A stretch of 64,000 nt of DNA. Origin: Zootoca vivipara. Taxonomy: Eukaryota. Position 1 is the stretch's first letter. Each line of letters begins with the position of its first letter. The position numbers and the translations under genes were made by a program. Of this stretch, positions 1 to 10,077 are shown piece after piece. The notes under the pieces were generated by a model. The model worked only from the letters and a program-made list of their open reading frames with translations, was not told the DNA's origin and did not search any database. The stretch is from assembly GCF_963506605.1 (NCBI RefSeq), contig NC_083280.1, forward strand, positions 34,100,001-34,164,000. The letters run 5' to 3'.

Positions 1-1901
1 TTTACTCTTGGATGGCTCTCCTATGCCTCTGCCAGTCCAAATAATTTGCTTCTTCAATGTGTGACTGGAAATGGCTTCCAATCCGAGAAGTCTCTGGCCT
101 CATTGTAGTTCTGTGTTCAAACCCCACTCAGGATGGGAATGGTTCAGAATGCAAGTGACACCCGGGGAAACTTGTTTATTATTCATGTAAAAGTTGTGAT
201 GGATTGGAGGAGGGATGTGTGTAGGTCTGGATATTAGAGAGGGGTTGGGCTTGAGATAACCCTGTTGTCATGGTCAGACCATTTTCTGTGGAGCTTTAGT
301 CTGAAAGAGTCAACTGCTCCCTGCTGAGGAAGGACGAATTAATATGGCCTGCTCACAGAGATTTCTAGCAGCTGCTGGTGGAATGAAGTGGTAGCTAGAG
401 GATTTTTTTAAACATTCCATCACATTCCTTCCATCACTATCCTATTCCTTATAACATCTTTAGGCTATGGAATACAGCTTGTGAATATATCCTAGGACTA
501 GCCCATCTCCTTTATGGTATCACTTTAGGAATGTGCTGCTTAAAGAAAAATGCAGGTATTTCTTCTCCCTCCCCAGCTCTTATGGATGATGCCGATTAGC
601 AGGTGTTATCTATGATAACTATGTCGATCCTCCAAGCTGACGGGCTCTGGGTGAAAACAGACCAATTTACCACATGGCTAAGTTGGGAGTTTGCCTGCTG
701 CTTGCATGGGCATTAAAATGTGCTAAAAGGAAAACAGATGACCTTGGCTGGCTTTGTGTTTGCTGTGGTTGTCATTGCTCCACCCCTAGTTACTGGCTTG
801 TTCTATTGCTATGGAGTGAAGAGACATTTCTCTCCATGCCTTGCTGCAGTGTTTTATCACTTCTGTACTTGCTGGTTCTCTGCCTTGGGAAGCTGATGGT
901 TAACACACATTCTCACACTCTGAAAAGTAGATGCATAGTGATAACAGTGTTGTTTCAAAGAGGTCAATAAAATATTCCCCCCCGTTTGGAGTTGATCTCA
1001 GGAATTACTTTTTTAAAAAAGGTTGTGCTGCTGTTTAGCTCATGGCACCCATTACTGTGTGTAATTTCACAGTTAACTCTCACACGCCCTCCAAACTCTT
1101 CATTGCACAACACACAGCGATAACAATACCTTCCATAATCACAGAATCTCTCAAACACCGGTGATCTGACCATCTTGTTATGGGATAGATCAAGATTCCA
1201 CCCTTGGGCTTTTGTTCCCCTCTACCCATTGTTTTCCAGTAAGAAACCGCCACTTTTCTTAGCCTGCAGTGGTGAAAGTCTGAGATATTTTTTGAAAAAG
1301 AACTCCTCTGAAAACACAGCAGATATTTTGGAGAACTGCCAAAAGCCCACAGATATTTAACTATTTCAGAATATATAAACACCTCTAGGAACAGAAATCT
1401 GAAATTCTGAAAAACATGGAGAAAAAGCAAAGATGACGATGTTTCTTTAAAAGTAGCTCTTGCTGGGACATAGTAGCCCCGGAGAATAGTTCCCCACTTT
1501 GATATCACCTGCTTTGGGTTATTAATACAAACAAGCCCTTTTCAAACATTCTTCCCTCACATGAATACAATTGCATGAGGGGAAGTTGAGGCACGTTTAT
1601 TGGCTCTGCCCCACCTACAGCATTCTCTGCACCCCATCCATGTGGGGTGGGTGGGGAATAGCTCTGAAGGGGGTGGATCCTGACCTAGAGATGTGGGCTG
1701 CCCCAAATGTTTTAAATTGTGTCCCATGGTAGAGGGGGGGGAGGATGCAGAGCCAGGTCGACCAAACACAGCTCTATAACTTCTGAAAGGGAATGCAATC
1801 AATTTACCAAATGGTTAATGTGGGAGTCTCTTACCACTTCATAAGGACCCCGGTCTTTAGCAAACAGTAGGTTGTTGGTTGGGGGGTGGGAGTCACACCC
1901 C

Positions 1902-2075
1902 AGGAAGCTGCCATATCAGGTCAGACAATGGGTCCATCCAGCTCAGTATTGTTGCCACAGACTGGAAGTTGATCTCCAGGGTTTTAGGCAGGGGATATTG
2001 CCAGTCCTACCTGGGCATACCAAGGATAAAACCTAGAACCTTCTGCATGTAAGGCAAATGCTCTAGCACCAGTAG
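1902..2075 (-). mobile_element. tRNA-derived squamate SINE (Squam3-like), diverged
   Basis: Reverse complement of a tRNA-like head plus GAGCTGGATGGACC...GCAGCTTCC body; related copy at 6443-6600. Confidence 0.6.
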
Positions 2076-2268
2076 CCTTTCCTCAGTGCAGACTATGCAA
2101 ATCTGTGGTCAAAACCAAACCTTAACATTGGGTAGCTGGTTACCTATATTGGATTTATGACTACCATGTCAAGATGTGAAAGAAAAAAATAAGGGGGTGG
2201 GGGACACCCCCCAAAATGGCTAGTGAACTTCCAGAAGCCACTGACCTAAAATAGATTTCTGGACTTAC

Positions 2269-2325
2269 CCAGAAAGGCCATTTTGTTTCCAAGTGTCCAG
2301 ACAATGGCTCATTGTGTGAATCCAG
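2269..2325 (-). CDS. C17orf50-like gene downstream exon (SGFTQ* or LDSHNEPLSGHLETKWPFW depending on upstream donor)
   Basis: Acceptor tttttcatAG and donor TGG|GTAAGT; 57 nt. Confidence 0.45.
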
Positions 2326-2983
2326 CTATGAAAAAGCTTGCTGGATTAGCACCTGTAGCCACATGAGCCGGCCAATACTTTTGAGTGCTGAAACAGAGTA
2401 TTATCTCAGACTTTGCTCATTTTCTGTTCCGCTGTGGCTAGAGATGGAAAGTCTCCAGAACAACTCCTGGTTGTCTGGATTCACCCAGAGAATGCCCTTG
2501 TCCAGTGGCTTTTAAGTAGTCCCAGTCTTCTGTATAAGCCACATACAAACACTGTTTAAAACTTCAATAAAACTTTAATATACTAGAACATCAATGAACA
2601 TTTTTCTGACAACAGGTCCTAGATCAGACAATATATTTTTCTGAACTAGCCTGACCAAGATCTGCATCAATGCAATCCTATTCTTTTCTTGGCAAAGAAG
2701 TGAAACCAATTGTGTTTCATGCAGCAGAGGGAATATAGATTCCTGTGCTTTGTTGGCAATTTCACATACTAACCTTGCACACAAACTCGGCAATGTGCAC
2801 ACTACTGAGCAATTTGAAAAGAATTGATCTGGCTAGTGAATGCCTGCTATGCAGGGCAAGGAAATTTCTTCACTTTGTCTCTACAAAGTCAGGATAGAGA
2901 AAGTCACAGTAGAGATTGGGTTTCCAATGTAGTCAGGTTACAAGACCTGCCATGAGAGAAGGATGATTCTGTGCAGTGCTTAC

Positions 2984-3255
2984 ATACATGGTGGTCTTCG
3001 GGAAATTCAGAATCCAAGCAGCAGGATGAGTGCCTTCCTCTGTCATAGTGATCTAGCAAACTGTGAGCAATGAAGCTGCTTTCAGTATGTAGCATGTGGC
3101 ACACCCTGCAGATGACAATTTCGCATTTGGGGCACATTTTCCCAGAGTGAGCCTTCCCCAAGGAACACATCCCCTTCTGGCCTTTCAGCTGCATAGACTC
3201 TATTCTTTGCACACCTCTCTTCTTGTCTTCAAGGTGCCCATTTTTTTCCTGAGGA
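2984..3255 (-). CDS. C17orf50-like gene exon encoding the CxxC-x4-CxxC-x2-LH-x6-AH-x2-LDH motif
   Basis: Acceptor ttggcttttcAG in phase 2; donors at 2988 (GTATGT) or 2984 (GTAAGC); motif matches recalled human C17orf50 [33 protein letters not shown]. Confidence 0.75.
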
Positions 3256-3330
3256 CTGAAAAGCCAAGACAAAATAGTGATCTGAACAGTCAGCGGCAGC
3301 TACCATTTCCCAAAGTGCATCAGGGCAAAT

Positions 3331-3537
3331 GGCCTTCTGGGTAGTGGCGACCACCTTGTGGAATGCCCTCCCACCAGATGTCAAGGAAATAAACAACTAT
3401 CTAACTTTTAGAAGACATCTGAAGGCAGCCCTGTCTAGGGAAGTTTTTAATGTTTGATAGTTTATTGTGCTTTTAATTCTGTTGGGACTCGGAGCCGCTC
3501 AGAGTGGCTGGGCATAATTAAATAAATTATTAGTATT
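3331..3537 (+). mobile_element. L2 LINE 3' fragment
   Basis: Matches the 3' ends of the L2 copies at 34270 and 55276; AT-rich tail. Confidence 0.8.
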
Positions 3538-5179
3538 ATCACCACTTTTCACTGCATGTATGATGAATCATAGAATTTTAGCGTTGCATAGCAGAAAGAG
3601 GCATCGCACTGGTGAACTACCAAAAAAGGAAACAAGCCATTTGAGTATTTATTTATTTTTGGAAGATTTAAAGGGATTTATTACCTCCTCAGTCTAATAT
3701 CCTGCCACCAAAGCAGAAGGGCCCTGGGAGGGATAGGCCCTGGGTTTGCCTCGGTGGGAGCGAGGGGAATTTAAGTTAATAGTCAGCTGGGACTGTCAGA
3801 GATTGTCTATGGGTTAGACAGGAACCCTGGGATTGGATACAGGTTGGGCAACTGGAATCTGACTATTTCAGTGGACTCGGGTAGGGTATATCTGTCAGTG
3901 GGAACAGATTCTAACTAGCTGAGGGGAAGTTTAGGATTCTAGAAGGGACTGGGTAGTGTAAGACAATAACCATCCTAGAAAGAAAATCTCTTTCCAAAGT
4001 TAGGTTTAAAATATGAAGTTAAGCATAATCTTAAATATCTCTGTAAAGAGTGTTTGTATGAAACAAAGTGTTGTGCCTTACAAAAGTAACCAGTAAGCTA
4101 TACAGTTTGGTTTAGACAAGCCTACCCAGATATCTAGAATGATGTGTTTTTAATTTTTGCTGGTTTAATTTTTGTGAATGTTTTTAATTGTTGTTTTAAT
4201 AGGCGCCCCCCCCCCGGCCCAATAATTCTATTGTTGTATTCTTTTTGTAAACCAAGCATATTTGTGTTACAATCAAGCATATTCTGTTTATTCCCCATTA
4301 TTTCTACATATAATATTCTGGTCCAGAGTTTTCTTACCATTGCTCTTCCTTCGGTGCACAGTGCAAAAAAAATCTACATTTTTCAGATTACACATGAAAT
4401 AGAACACAGTTGATCATAGTTCATGGGAGGGACAATATGGAAGCAGATGGTTGTAAAACATTTATGGCTTTAAAGGTAATCAGCAGAACCTTGAACTGAG
4501 CCAGTGAAGATGGCGATTTTGACTAGGGTTGCCAGCTGGTCAGCAGAGGGATGGTTGTACCTCCCCTTGTACCTTTAACAGCACCTTAATAAGCAAACAG
4601 CAGATAAACCTACAGCACTTCCAGATGAGCCGCTTATGAAGCATTCAGCCCAATTTATTCCCAGGGAGATTCAAGGACACTGGCTAGTTAACAAGCATTA
4701 TTCCAATTTGCTTGCAGGTTAGATGAAGCCGCATCAAAGAAGTAATACTCCCCTCTTTCCGGTTCAATTCTCCCATCGCTTTCCTTATCACAGAACTTCC
4801 AGTATTTGGGGGGAAGTGCCTTTATTGTGCAAACCCTCTAATTAGCTGTAATTTTGCAAACTGAATTCGCCAATTAGTAAATGAATCCCCCCTCGAAAAT
4901 AGCAACGGTCTGAAAGAACCCCCAAGATATTATTAATTAATATTATTAATTGCTGGTGCCTGCATAGCAAGCTGCTGCTCAAGGCAATGGAGCCCCCTGA
5001 AAATATGGCACTCTTTGATCTTGCCGCCCTTTGTCTGTCTCAGCTGTTTAGTTGATCAACCTTCTTTTGGCTTTCATGATTATTCAATGTTCACAATGGC
5101 TCCAGTGTACAATTTTAGTTCAACCCATAGCATTTTAAATTTTCATTAGAAATAAAATATTAAAAAGAGAAACACTTAC

Positions 5180-5312
5180 ATCACATTCCGTGAAGGTCCA
5201 GAAAAGAGACTGAGTGTTGAAAGCCTCTTCTTAAAGAGATGCCCATCCTTTTTCCTGCAGTGTTTTGCATCATCGATACCCTCTTCCCTTCTTGACTTCT
5301 TCAAACTCCGAC
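5180..5312 (-). CDS. C17orf50-like gene exon (GRSLKKSRREEG...GPSRNV); could instead start at ATG 5361
   Basis: Acceptor ...ccattgagacAG and donor AT|GTAAGT; open frame; phase 2 end joins the next exon in frame. Confidence 0.6.
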
Positions 5313-5429
5313 CTGTCTCAATGGCGGAGCAGAATGTAAAAGTATGCTCTCTGATCATCATGTTTGCACATAAGGAGCTTACTCCCCAAAGGAAGGTGGG
5401 ATGGCCATAAGTCCAAGTTGCATACTAAC

Positions 5430-5490
5430 CTGCAGGCATCTTTGGAAAGCAGCGTGTCTCAGGCAATGAAAACTCCAGCTTCAGGGAGCC
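5430..5490 (-). CDS. C17orf50-like gene, candidate exon (GSLKLEFSLPETRCFPKMPA; possible start ATG at 5439)
   Basis: Strong acceptor tctcttctttcttAG and donor CAG|GTTAGT; phase 1 end matches the next exon. Confidence 0.45.
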
Positions 5491-6442
5491 CTAAGAAAGA
5501 AGAGATGGCCAGGTGCGCCTACTTCTTAACACAACAAATCAGAAGCAGCAGTGGTTGCCAAGTTTAAAAATTGCCTCTCTTCCTTTCCAAATGACCCTTA
5601 CAGAGCAGTGGTAGAAGCAACAAGAGTCTCCTGTGTATGCAGAGCATGGGAAGGAGAATTCAGTTCTTATTATGAAGCAAGCGCAAAGCCAGAAAGCGAA
5701 ATGTTGCTCAGGGCACAGCATATAAACAATTTCTTTCTCCTTTTGGTAAATCAACTGATTAGTCTTCATTTCCGCGACGTGTCACTGCATCTCCAAGACA
5801 GATCCTTTTGCCTACTCTAATTGCGTTAGTCTCTCTGCTCTTCAGTTAATATTTTAGTAATTGTATTTACTTTTAGCTGATGGACTTGCCCCACAGTTTA
5901 CACTTGCTCTTGGTCTCCGGTAAGTACCTCTGGCTCATCCTGGTAATTTGTCAGATCTGGAACCACTTCCCAATAATTACTTCTAAGAACAGATAATTAA
6001 AACTAATTTTGAAGAGTAGTTGCAAAGTATTTCTATTCCTGCACTAAACTGCAGTCCCAAACTACATCATACTGACTATTCCTTAATTATAGTCTGTTTA
6101 AGAAGCTATCAAATTATAGAATTGCATAAGGGGGCCCAGTCTGACAGTAAAATTCATAGTCTTATAGGCTTGGGGTCTTTGGGCAGATTCTCTCTCTCTC
6201 TCTTTCTAACATTAAGAAATATATTTACCCAAAATCCAGACTGAAATCCCTTTTCAGAAACAGGGGAAGATAGTCCCATTTTCAATTCACCCTAGAGACT
6301 TCCTCACCTTACTATTCCCATCACCTGCCAAATGTCCAGATTTTACCAGCAGTAATTAAGTCCCACCCCTTTGTGACATCACCTCTGCAAATGAGAGAAA
6401 GGCTCTATGCTTTCTGACCTGGTGGATCATGAATAAGAAAAA

Positions 6443-6600
6443 CTATAGCTCAGTAGCAGAACACATGGATGCCTAAGGGTGCGGGTTCAATCTCCAAGTC
6501 AAACCAACAGAGATCCCTGCCTGAATTCATGAAGAGTTGTTCCCAGTCATTGTAGATGCTGAACTAACTAGATGGACCAGTGGCTTGGCTTGATCAGCTA
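6443..6600 (+). mobile_element. tRNA-derived SINE (Squam3-like), diverged
   Basis: TAGCTCAGTAG and GGTTCAATCTCC A/B boxes; CTAGATGGACCA body. Confidence 0.55.
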
Positions 6601-7174
6601 TGAATCCTACCTCCAATGGATCTAACACAGAGCAGTGAATGAGGCAAAAAGAATTGTTGCGATTGTTCATGGAATCGAAGCTGTCCTCTGTTGGTTTGTT
6701 GGTTTGGAGGCACTGTGTATGCACTATACCTTTAAAGCACGTTCTTTTCCTCAAAGAATTCTGGGCACTGTAGTTTTCTCAGAATGCTAACATTTTGAGG
6801 GGTAAATTGCAGTGCTCAGAATTCGCCAAGGGAAGGAATGTGATCCAAATGCAGCAAGTGACACCCTTCTCTTCCAGTAACAATCTCCTTTTTCATAAGG
6901 TAAAATAACTGCTGTAGGGCATCAACTGCATGTTTAAAACCTATCCACATTTACTAGAGAGTAAATTCATTTAATTCATTGAGACTTGCATCTGTGTAAA
7001 TGTAGACAGGCTTCATATCTCAATATTAATTATTGAATGTATTATCTTTTATACCTGTGGTACCTCAATCAAATTTATCTGCATATTCTTATTTATAATT
7101 ATGATAATTTGTTTATTTGTAGTATTTTTTTTCCTTTCTCTTCAGCAATGAAATGCTTTGTGGGTGGGTGGGTG

Positions 7175-7420
7175 GAGCTCTGGGATAGCTTAGTTGGCAG
7201 AGCATGGGAATCTCAGGGCTGTGAGTTCAAGCCCCACATCATAGCTGCCAAGTTATCCCTTTTTTAAAGGGATTTTCCATTATGCTGAATAGGCTTCCTC
7301 GCGAGAAAAGGGAAAACTTGGCAGCTATGCCACATTGAGAAAAAGATTCCAGCATTGCAAGGGGTTGGACAAGGTGATCCTAGAGGTCCCTTCCAACTCT
7401 ACAAATCTATGATTCTAAGA
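7175..7420 (+). mobile_element. tRNA-head SINE with CR1-like tail (POM/Squam2-like), interrupted by a MITE
   Basis: A/B boxes, then GGGGTTGGAC...GGTCCCTTCCAACTCT...ATGATTCTA tail. Confidence 0.65.
7240..7329. mobile_element. 90-bp MITE (hAT-like), copy 1
   Basis: 15-bp TIR CATAGCTGCCAAGTT; flanking CCACAT repeat. Confidence 0.85.
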
Positions 7421-7785
7421 TCAATAATACCAAGAGATACCCTGACCACAGGGTAGCATTCTGAAAGACATGACACAAAATGGAAGAGAGAACAAGCCAA
7501 CTCAGGCATCACTTCTTAAAGCTACAATGTAGCTTAGATTGACTGTTACAGGTATCTGGGGAATTCCTGACTTCTTATAACAGTATTTTACTACAGAGCT
7601 TTGATACTTTTGGGAATAATATCATTGGGTTTAATCATACTTGGACATTCAACACAGGGAGTCCAGTACACTTAGCACACTGCTTTACTGCAAGTAAAAA
7701 ATAATATTTTCTCTAGGCCTCATACTGTAAAGTATGCAGTTTCTGAAAATATTTGTTGGTCAAAGTAAATTCCTAGGCACTTATG

Positions 7786-7921
7786 CAGGCATCCCCAAAC
7801 TGTGGCCCTCCAGATGTTTTGGCCTACAACTCCCACGATCCCTAGCTAACAGGACCAGTGGTCAGGGATGATGGGAATTGTAGACCAAAACATCTGGAGG
7901 GCCAAAGTTTGGGGATGCCTG
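7786..7921. mobile_element. Palindromic hAT (Charlie-like) MITE
   Basis: TIR CAGGCATCCCCAAACT; perfect 8-bp TSD CACTTATG; degenerate relatives near 8640, 33473 and 49550. Confidence 0.9.
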
Positions 7922-9444
7922 CACTTATGCATAGGAGATTGGGTTCCCTGTTCCTTTAACTGTGTGGGAGAAAATGGAGGGTTCAGTTGCAGCTTTTCTT
8001 ATCCCTGCACAATGAGCTACACCTGCCAAAATTCTTTCTTCTAGACAACCATTTAAAGGCATAGGAACCTATACTCCTTTGCACTTGGTCACCAGAGATC
8101 CAAAACCTGCAATGAGAACTCAAGTTTGACCCTTGAGTTATATATGATAAGAGATGGAGAGGGGGCTTTTATTACTCTTTTTACATTCCTTTCTGTGTAG
8201 CTGGAGGAGATGGGTAGCAGTCACTGTGGAATGATGATGATGATGATGATGTCATTATTTGTACTCCTGACCATTTGACTGGGTTGCCCCCCCAGCCACT
8301 CTAGGAGTTTCCAACAAAATATAAAAACACATTAGGAGCAACCAAAAATTAACAAAATTGTGAGCAAGCTTTCAAGTTCTCAATGCAGATGTTAAATAAA
8401 ATGGGGATGGGAGGGATAGAGGAGGAAAACTCACCTGAGCAAAGCGTGGAGAGGGGGGGAGGCGACTTACAGAATTCCATCCCAAGGGCATAGCCACATG
8501 ACTAATTTTTGTTTGTTTTGTTTTTACAATTCAAACGTTTACTTTATCCAATAGGCCATGCTGCCTGTCAAACTCATGATCTATCCAAGAGGTGTGGCCA
8601 TGGTTTATATTTGCATTCTACTCTGGAGGTGGATCTGTAGGAAGAGGAAACCTGTGGCCCTCCAGTTGCTGTTGGACTGCAAATTCCATCAATCCAGCTA
8701 GCATGGTCAGCAAGCCTCCCTAGTAGACACATGTTTCACTTATCCCCTTTCTAAGAGTCACATGTATTAGAATCCTTGAACCATGGAAATAACATATCTT
8801 GGCAGATTGATTCAATAATGCACACTTATATAGGGACAGTGTTTATTGAGTACCTAAAACAATATATATATATATATGCACGAAGGACAGGGAAATGATT
8901 GTCACTCAGAGCCATTTCAGTGTGTTCGATGTAACATGAAGGTTTAAGCATTTTCATTCTCTTCTTCGTGTTACTAGGAAACTGCTTTGTAGGAGGATAA
9001 AATGGATGATGCTTCTTGTTATATACTGGGAGCTTACATCCTATGGTACCTGAGAGTGCATCAAAGGGACATGTTCTGAAATGAACACATTTCAGTCCTT
9101 TAACAAAACCCCATTCAAAACTGGACCCTACACTCTCTAGGCATCCAAGTAGAATGATGGTGTAAAACTCCCTTGCTTTGATGGGCTGACCCTTCCTTTG
9201 AAGCCTATGTTGCAAGGGCTTTTCTGCATCTTCCAAAGGTGAAGCTTTTCACAGCATGAACACCACTAGTTGCTGCTGTTAAAGACACAGCAACCAGGGA
9301 CTGTCCCAAAAGTTGGCAACATCATATGACAGCCATGTGCTTGTTGCACAGGACATTATTGTAGTCTGGGTCAAATAGCTGGAGTTTACAAAGTGTAACT
9401 TTGTCATGCCAGGGTGCTCTACTAGCTAGACTCTAACCATTAGA

Positions 9445-9610
9445 GCATTGTTAAGGACTGGGGAGACTCAAGTTCAAGTCCGCTCACTGAGTGATCTAGG
9501 GCCAGTCACTGTCTCTCTCACCCTAACCTCACAGGGTTGTTGTGAGAGAGGAAAGGAGGAGCCCTGAACTCATTGGAGGAAAGATGGGTTCAAATATAAG
9601 AAATAAAAAC
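9445..9610 (+). mobile_element. Old MIR/CORE-type SINE
   Basis: GTGATCTAGGGCCAGTCACT...CCTCACAGGGTTGTTGTGAG core; similar copies at about 38530-38730 and 61320-61540. Confidence 0.55.
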
Positions 9611-9937
9611 AATGTTGGCGTTTCACTGCTTAGCCCTCTTTACCAACGCAGCTGCTTGGGATTTCGTTCTTTTTTCCCAGGCAGGAGGGGGACTCAGAAC
9701 TCCACCCCTGCCGGCTGCCCTGGGACTGCCGCTGATACAGAAGGTGGAAAGCAGCGCACTTCGTCTTCGCGGGTGGGAGCGATGAGGTGCAGACATGCTC
9801 AGTAGCTAGTGCCTTCGCCTCAGCAACAGTGCCTACAATCCTAAGAGGCTGTTTGCATCAGAAGGAGAACTGGAAAGCCATCTTTGCTGGCGACTGAGAG
9901 TGAGAAAGGGAAAGCAGAGACTATAAAAAGGGAAACA

Positions 9938-9939
9938 AT
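9938..9939 (+). CDS. VAMP exon 1 coding part (AT of the split start codon)
   Basis: aaacaAT|GTGAGT, a perfect donor in a CpG-enriched region; exon 2 starts with G, completing ATG as in VAMP1/2/3. Confidence 0.8.
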
Positions 9940-10049
9940 GTGAGTATCGCCTATTTGGTTTTGCCTTTAAAAGGTTCGCCCTACCAGCGCCGATGGGTTT
10001 ACTATGGGGGCTCCCGAACGGAACGCGGGTGATGTCGAAGCGGTGTTCG

Positions 10050-10077
10050 GGCGCTGTCCGGCAGCTGTGGTGCTGAA
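10050..10077 (-). promoter_or_regulatory. Non-canonical (9-bp spacer) RE1/NRSE, REST binding site
   Basis: GGCGCTGTCC-ggcagctgt-GGTGCTGAA: both RE1 half-sites perfect and in the correct order. Confidence 0.7.

Larger units (their letters stand above)
2269..5490 (-). other. Multi-exon gene, uncharacterised protein with C17orf50/DUF4637-like Cys/His motif (partial model; 5' and 3' ends uncertain)
   Basis: Four minus-strand segments with GT-AG boundaries and compatible phases (5490-5430, 5312-5180, 3255-2984/2988, 2325-2269). The spliced protein contains CPKCEIVICRVCHMLHTESSFIAHSLLDHYDRG. Confidence 0.7.

Noticed and set aside
1080-1508. 142-aa minus-strand ORF as the terminal exon of the minus-strand gene
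   Set aside because: A phase-0 acceptor exists near 1408, but the peptide has no recognisable features and may be 3' UTR; it cannot be supported.
5225-5270. HCRKKDGHLFKKR resembling the CAMTA CG-1 motif YRKDGYCWKKR
   Set aside because: Similarity is limited to a few residues, with no other CAMTA motifs or exon structure.
8826-9236. 136-aa minus-strand ORF as an upstream exon of the C17orf50-like gene
   Set aside because: No recognisable homology, non-ATG start, and its donor phases do not join the 5490 exon.
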